A model generated the notes under the pieces. The model made no database searches and was not told where the DNA came from. It worked only from the letters and a program-made list of their open reading frames with translations. Of a DNA stretch of 64,000 nucleotides, positions 61,473-64,000 are shown piece by piece. The position numbers and the translations under genes were made by a program. Position 1 is the stretch's first letter. Every line of letters starts with the position of its first letter. Source of the DNA: an uncultured Nitrospiraceae bacterium (lineage in GTDB: Bacteria; Nitrospirota; Nitrospiria; Nitrospirales; Nitrospiraceae); assembly GCA_963730935.1 (NCBI GenBank), contig CAVSTP010000004.1:1056001-1120000 (forward strand), read 5' to 3'.

Positions 61473-62759
61473 CTACAGACGCCAATAGGCAATGGTCTTG
61501 GGCAGAGTGGCCTGGTCCACAATGCTTTTAACGTCAATCACCACCCCTTGCTGTCCACTCCGGAGGAGACCAACGATTTTCTGCTGGCCCATCTCGACAT
61601 AGGCGCGGTGGGCCACGGCCAACACAATGCCGTCAGCATCTTTGAGATTGGACCAATCACTGAGATGAAGGCCGTATTCGGCAACGGCTTCCTCCGACTC
61701 GGCAAGTGGATCATGGACCAAAACCTGCACCCCGTATTCCTGCAGTTCTTTGATAATGTCGGGAACCTTGCTGTTGCGCAGGTCCGGCACGTTCTCTTTG
61801 AACGTCAATCCCAGGACGATCACTTTCAGTTGATTGACCGGCCGGCCGAGCTGTCCTAATCGTTTCATCGTCTGTTCCGCCACAAACTTTCCCATGCCAT
61901 TGTTGATACGGCGGCCGGCGAGAATGACCTGCGGATGGTATCCGACAGATTCCGCTTTATGGGTCAGATAATAGGGATCCACGCCGATACAGTGGCCTCC
62001 TACCAATCCAGGAGAAAACTTCAAGAAGTTCCACTTTGTACCGGCCGCTTCCAAAACGCCTTTCGTATCAATGCCGAGACGATGGAAGATCAGCGCCAAT
62101 TCATTCATTAGGGCAATATTAAGGTCACGCTGGGTATTCTCGATGACCTTGGCTGCCTCTGCGACCTTGATGCTGGATGCTCGATGCACGCCGGCCTTGA
62201 CCACCTTCCCGTACGTGGCAGCGACGATCTCGAGAGACTCTTCATCTTGGGCTGACACAACTTTGACGATTTTTTCGAGCGTATGCTCTTTATCGCCTGG
62301 ATTGATGCGCTCCGGCGAGTATCCGACCTTGAAATCGGTCCCTGCCTTGAGACCTGATGTTTTCTCGAGTATCGGAAGGCACACCTCTTCCGTCACACCC
62401 GGATAGACCGTCGACTCGTACACCACGATCGTGCCAGGCGATAAATGTTTGCCAATGAGCTCGGAAGAGACGCGAAGCGCTTTCAGATCCGGCTGAAGAG
62501 CTTCATCAATTGGCGTGGGAACGGCGACAATGATGAAATCAGCAGCTTTGAGATCGTCGGGCTGTGCGGTGTACTGAACTTGGGACGCATTCAAATCAGC
62601 GGCTGACACTTCACCTGTTCGATCGAAACCTTTCTGCAATTCTTCGATTTTGGCTTTGTTAATGTCAAAGCCGATTGTGCGGCGATGCTTACCGAAGGCA
62701 ACCGCGATAGGAAGGCCAACATAGCCGAGTCCGACGACTGCCACGGTTCGTTCTTTCAT
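61473..62759 (-). CDS. UDP-N-acetylhexosamine 6-dehydrogenase (WbpO/TviB-like)
   Basis: GLGYVGLP, ESTVYPG, YSPERINPG, GGHCIGVDPYY, FKENVPDLRNS. Confidence 0.9.
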   Translation of the reverse strand: MKERTVAVVGLGYVGLPIAVAFGKHRRTIGFDINKAKIEELQKGFDRTGEVSAADLNASQVQYTAQPDDLKAADFIIVAVPTPIDEALQPDLKALRVSSELIGKHLSPGTIVVYESTVYPGVTEEVCLPILEKTSGLKAGTDFKVGYSPERINPGDKEHTLEKIVKVVSAQDEESLEIVAATYGKVVKAGVHRASSIKVAEAAKVIENTQRDLNIALMNELALIFHRLGIDTKGVLEAAGTKWNFLKFSPGLVGGHCIGVDPYYLTHKAESVGYHPQVILAGRRINNGMGKFVAEQTMKRLGQLGRPVNQLKVIVLGLTFKENVPDLRNSKVPDIIKELQEYGVQVLVHDPLAESEEAVAEYGLHLSDWSNLKDADGIVLAVAHRAYVEMGQQKIVGLLRSGQQGVVIDVKSIVDQATLPKTIAYWRL

Positions 62760-62797
62760 CTTTCTCTCTCCCTGCTAATAGTTCTTGAAGTTTTCAC

Positions 62798-62826
62798 AGG
62801 ATGGCAGAAGGTGCCGCTCACGTCAA
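62798..62826 (-). promoter_or_regulatory. Possible sigma70 promoter of the dehydrogenase
   Basis: Minus strand TTGACG-17 nt-CATCCT with TG in the extended -10 position. Confidence 0.45.
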
Positions 62827-63063
62827 TAAAGGCGCAGCATTGTTCAATGCCCCGTGCCGCATGGGCAAGCAGAGGAATCTATAGCATCCAGCGATACCAT
62901 TTTCTTCACAGACTAAAGCTAAAGAACTACTTTATGTGTACATGAACACTATCAAGTGTCTCTCGCTGCAGTCGGCCGGTCCTCGCGCCAAGAATTGTCA
63001 CCGTATCCGGATTCCTCATTGAGAATCATTGGTTTCGGTCCCTTGGGCTGAACGGCGGCAAAA

Positions 63064-63079
63064 CGGCACTGGTCTTGCT
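63064..63079 (+). promoter_or_regulatory. Sigma54 (-24/-12) promoter
   Basis: CGGCACTGGTCTTGCT has exact GG-N10-GC spacing and lies 46 nt above ATG 63125. Confidence 0.7.
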
Positions 63080-63124
63080 CCACCCACGTGTTTGCCTGAA
63101 GCAGCTGTCACGCGAGGAGGATCC

Positions 63125-64000
63125 ATGCAGCATATGCTATCGCGAGGACGATCGGCGGATCATATGTTTTCGCTAGCCACATTTGGCGCAGTGACAATGC
63201 TTTTATGCGTGTCTCCAACGGTGTCCTCCTTCGCCGAGCAATTGGTGGCCTTGGGTCAGGAAAGGGCTCAGGTCTCTGATCGAACGACTACGAAAACTGT
63301 CTCAACGTCGAAGGAACAGGCGCCGGTTCGTAAGTCGCACAAGCTCATTAGAAAATCAGCGCCAGTTGCTTCTGTGCAGCTCAATGCCATAACAACGTCC
63401 CCAACAAACTCCACGGCTCTTAAGGCGCCGACGCCTACCACCAGCGAAACGACAGCGACTCAGATTCAGAGCAAGGGTACGACAGCCCTGAGTTCAGCAA
63501 CCTCCAGGACCGTCGCCCCAGCAAACTCATCTATCACCACAACGACACCCACGACATCCCTTTCACTCGCCGGTGCTCTGTCCAGTCCGGCCTCCTCGAC
63601 GTTGTCCGGCGCGTCGTCTCTGTCAGCCGTAGCTGTTCCAGGCTCATCCAACGCGGGAGTAAACTCCACCAACGGACGAGGGATGAAAAAGTTATCCGCA
63701 GCGATGCCGGGGTTGACCCAGCTATTAACGCCGACGACGTCGACCGTGTCGACTTCTGCACCTGTGACGCCGGCGATCGCACGGAATCCGGCATCCATCT
63801 CGTTCTCGGCCGTTCAGAACGGCGCCAATCCATCGAGCCAAACGGTCACCGTTACCAACAGCGGTTCTGGAACGATGAACTGGACAGCCGCCTCTTCAGT
63901 GCCTTGGCTGACGATAAACGGGGGTAGCGCTGCGTCAGGAACCAATAGTGGATCATTTGCCGTCGGCGTCAATATGAGCGGGCTTTCCGTCGGGAACTAT
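63125..64000 (+). CDS. 3'-truncated secreted Ser/Thr-rich protein with BACON/Ig-like domain
   Basis: Not in the ORF track; hand-translated open for 292 codons to the window end. GAGGAGG RBS, signal-like stretch ending SSFA, long S/T/A/P region, then PASISFSA...TVTVTNSGSGTMNWTAASSVPWLTI. Confidence 0.8.
   Translation, partial: MQHMLSRGRSADHMFSLATFGAVTMLLCVSPTVSSFAEQLVALGQERAQVSDRTTTKTVSTSKEQAPVRKSHKLIRKSAPVASVQLNAITTSPTNSTALKAPTPTTSETTATQIQSKGTTALSSATSRTVAPANSSITTTTPTTSLSLAGALSSPASSTLSGASSLSAVAVPGSSNAGVNSTNGRGMKKLSAAMPGLTQLLTPTTSTVSTSAPVTPAIARNPASISFSAVQNGANPSSQTVTVTNSGSGTMNWTAASSVPWLTINGGSAASGTNSGSFAVGVNMSGLSVGNY

Noticed and set aside
63466..63833. Two short minus-strand ORFs
   Set aside because: Antisense to the plus-strand S/T-rich gene, which has an SD and a promoter.

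Overview
Bacterial chromosomal window, GC-rich and mostly minus-strand. Gene content and intergenic repeat style suggest a Nitrospira-like organism (inference). Left to right: (1) a c-di-GMP signalling cluster (REC-PAS-GGDEF-EAL, a NarX/NarL-type pair, PilZ); (2) rtcB, archease and an M24 peptidase; (3) AsmA-like protein, MFS transporter, cyclophilin and a divergent MEMO1-like gene; (4) a 7-gene operon of unknown function (15814-23294) with four membrane proteins, a barrel-sandwich-hybrid-type protein and a GlmL/MutL-like ASKHA ATPase, with no B12 mutase in the window; (5) envelope and housekeeping genes (plsY, pgsA, kdsD, kdsA, pyrG, kdsB, heptose kinase, lepB, lepA, bioA, DUF62, greA); (6) a PyrR-attenuated pyr/car operon with inserted proteases; (7) a 596-aa hypothetical, proA and a UDP-sugar decarboxylase; (8) a T2SS/type IV pilus-like cluster; (9) a nucleotide-sugar dehydrogenase and a truncated Ser/Thr-rich BACON-like surface protein behind a sigma54-type promoter. 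Modular MITE-like palindromic repeats occupy several gene junctions, three of them inside the unknown operon. I found no rRNA, tRNA, CRISPR array or transposase. All calls come from reading motifs by eye; no database searches were run.
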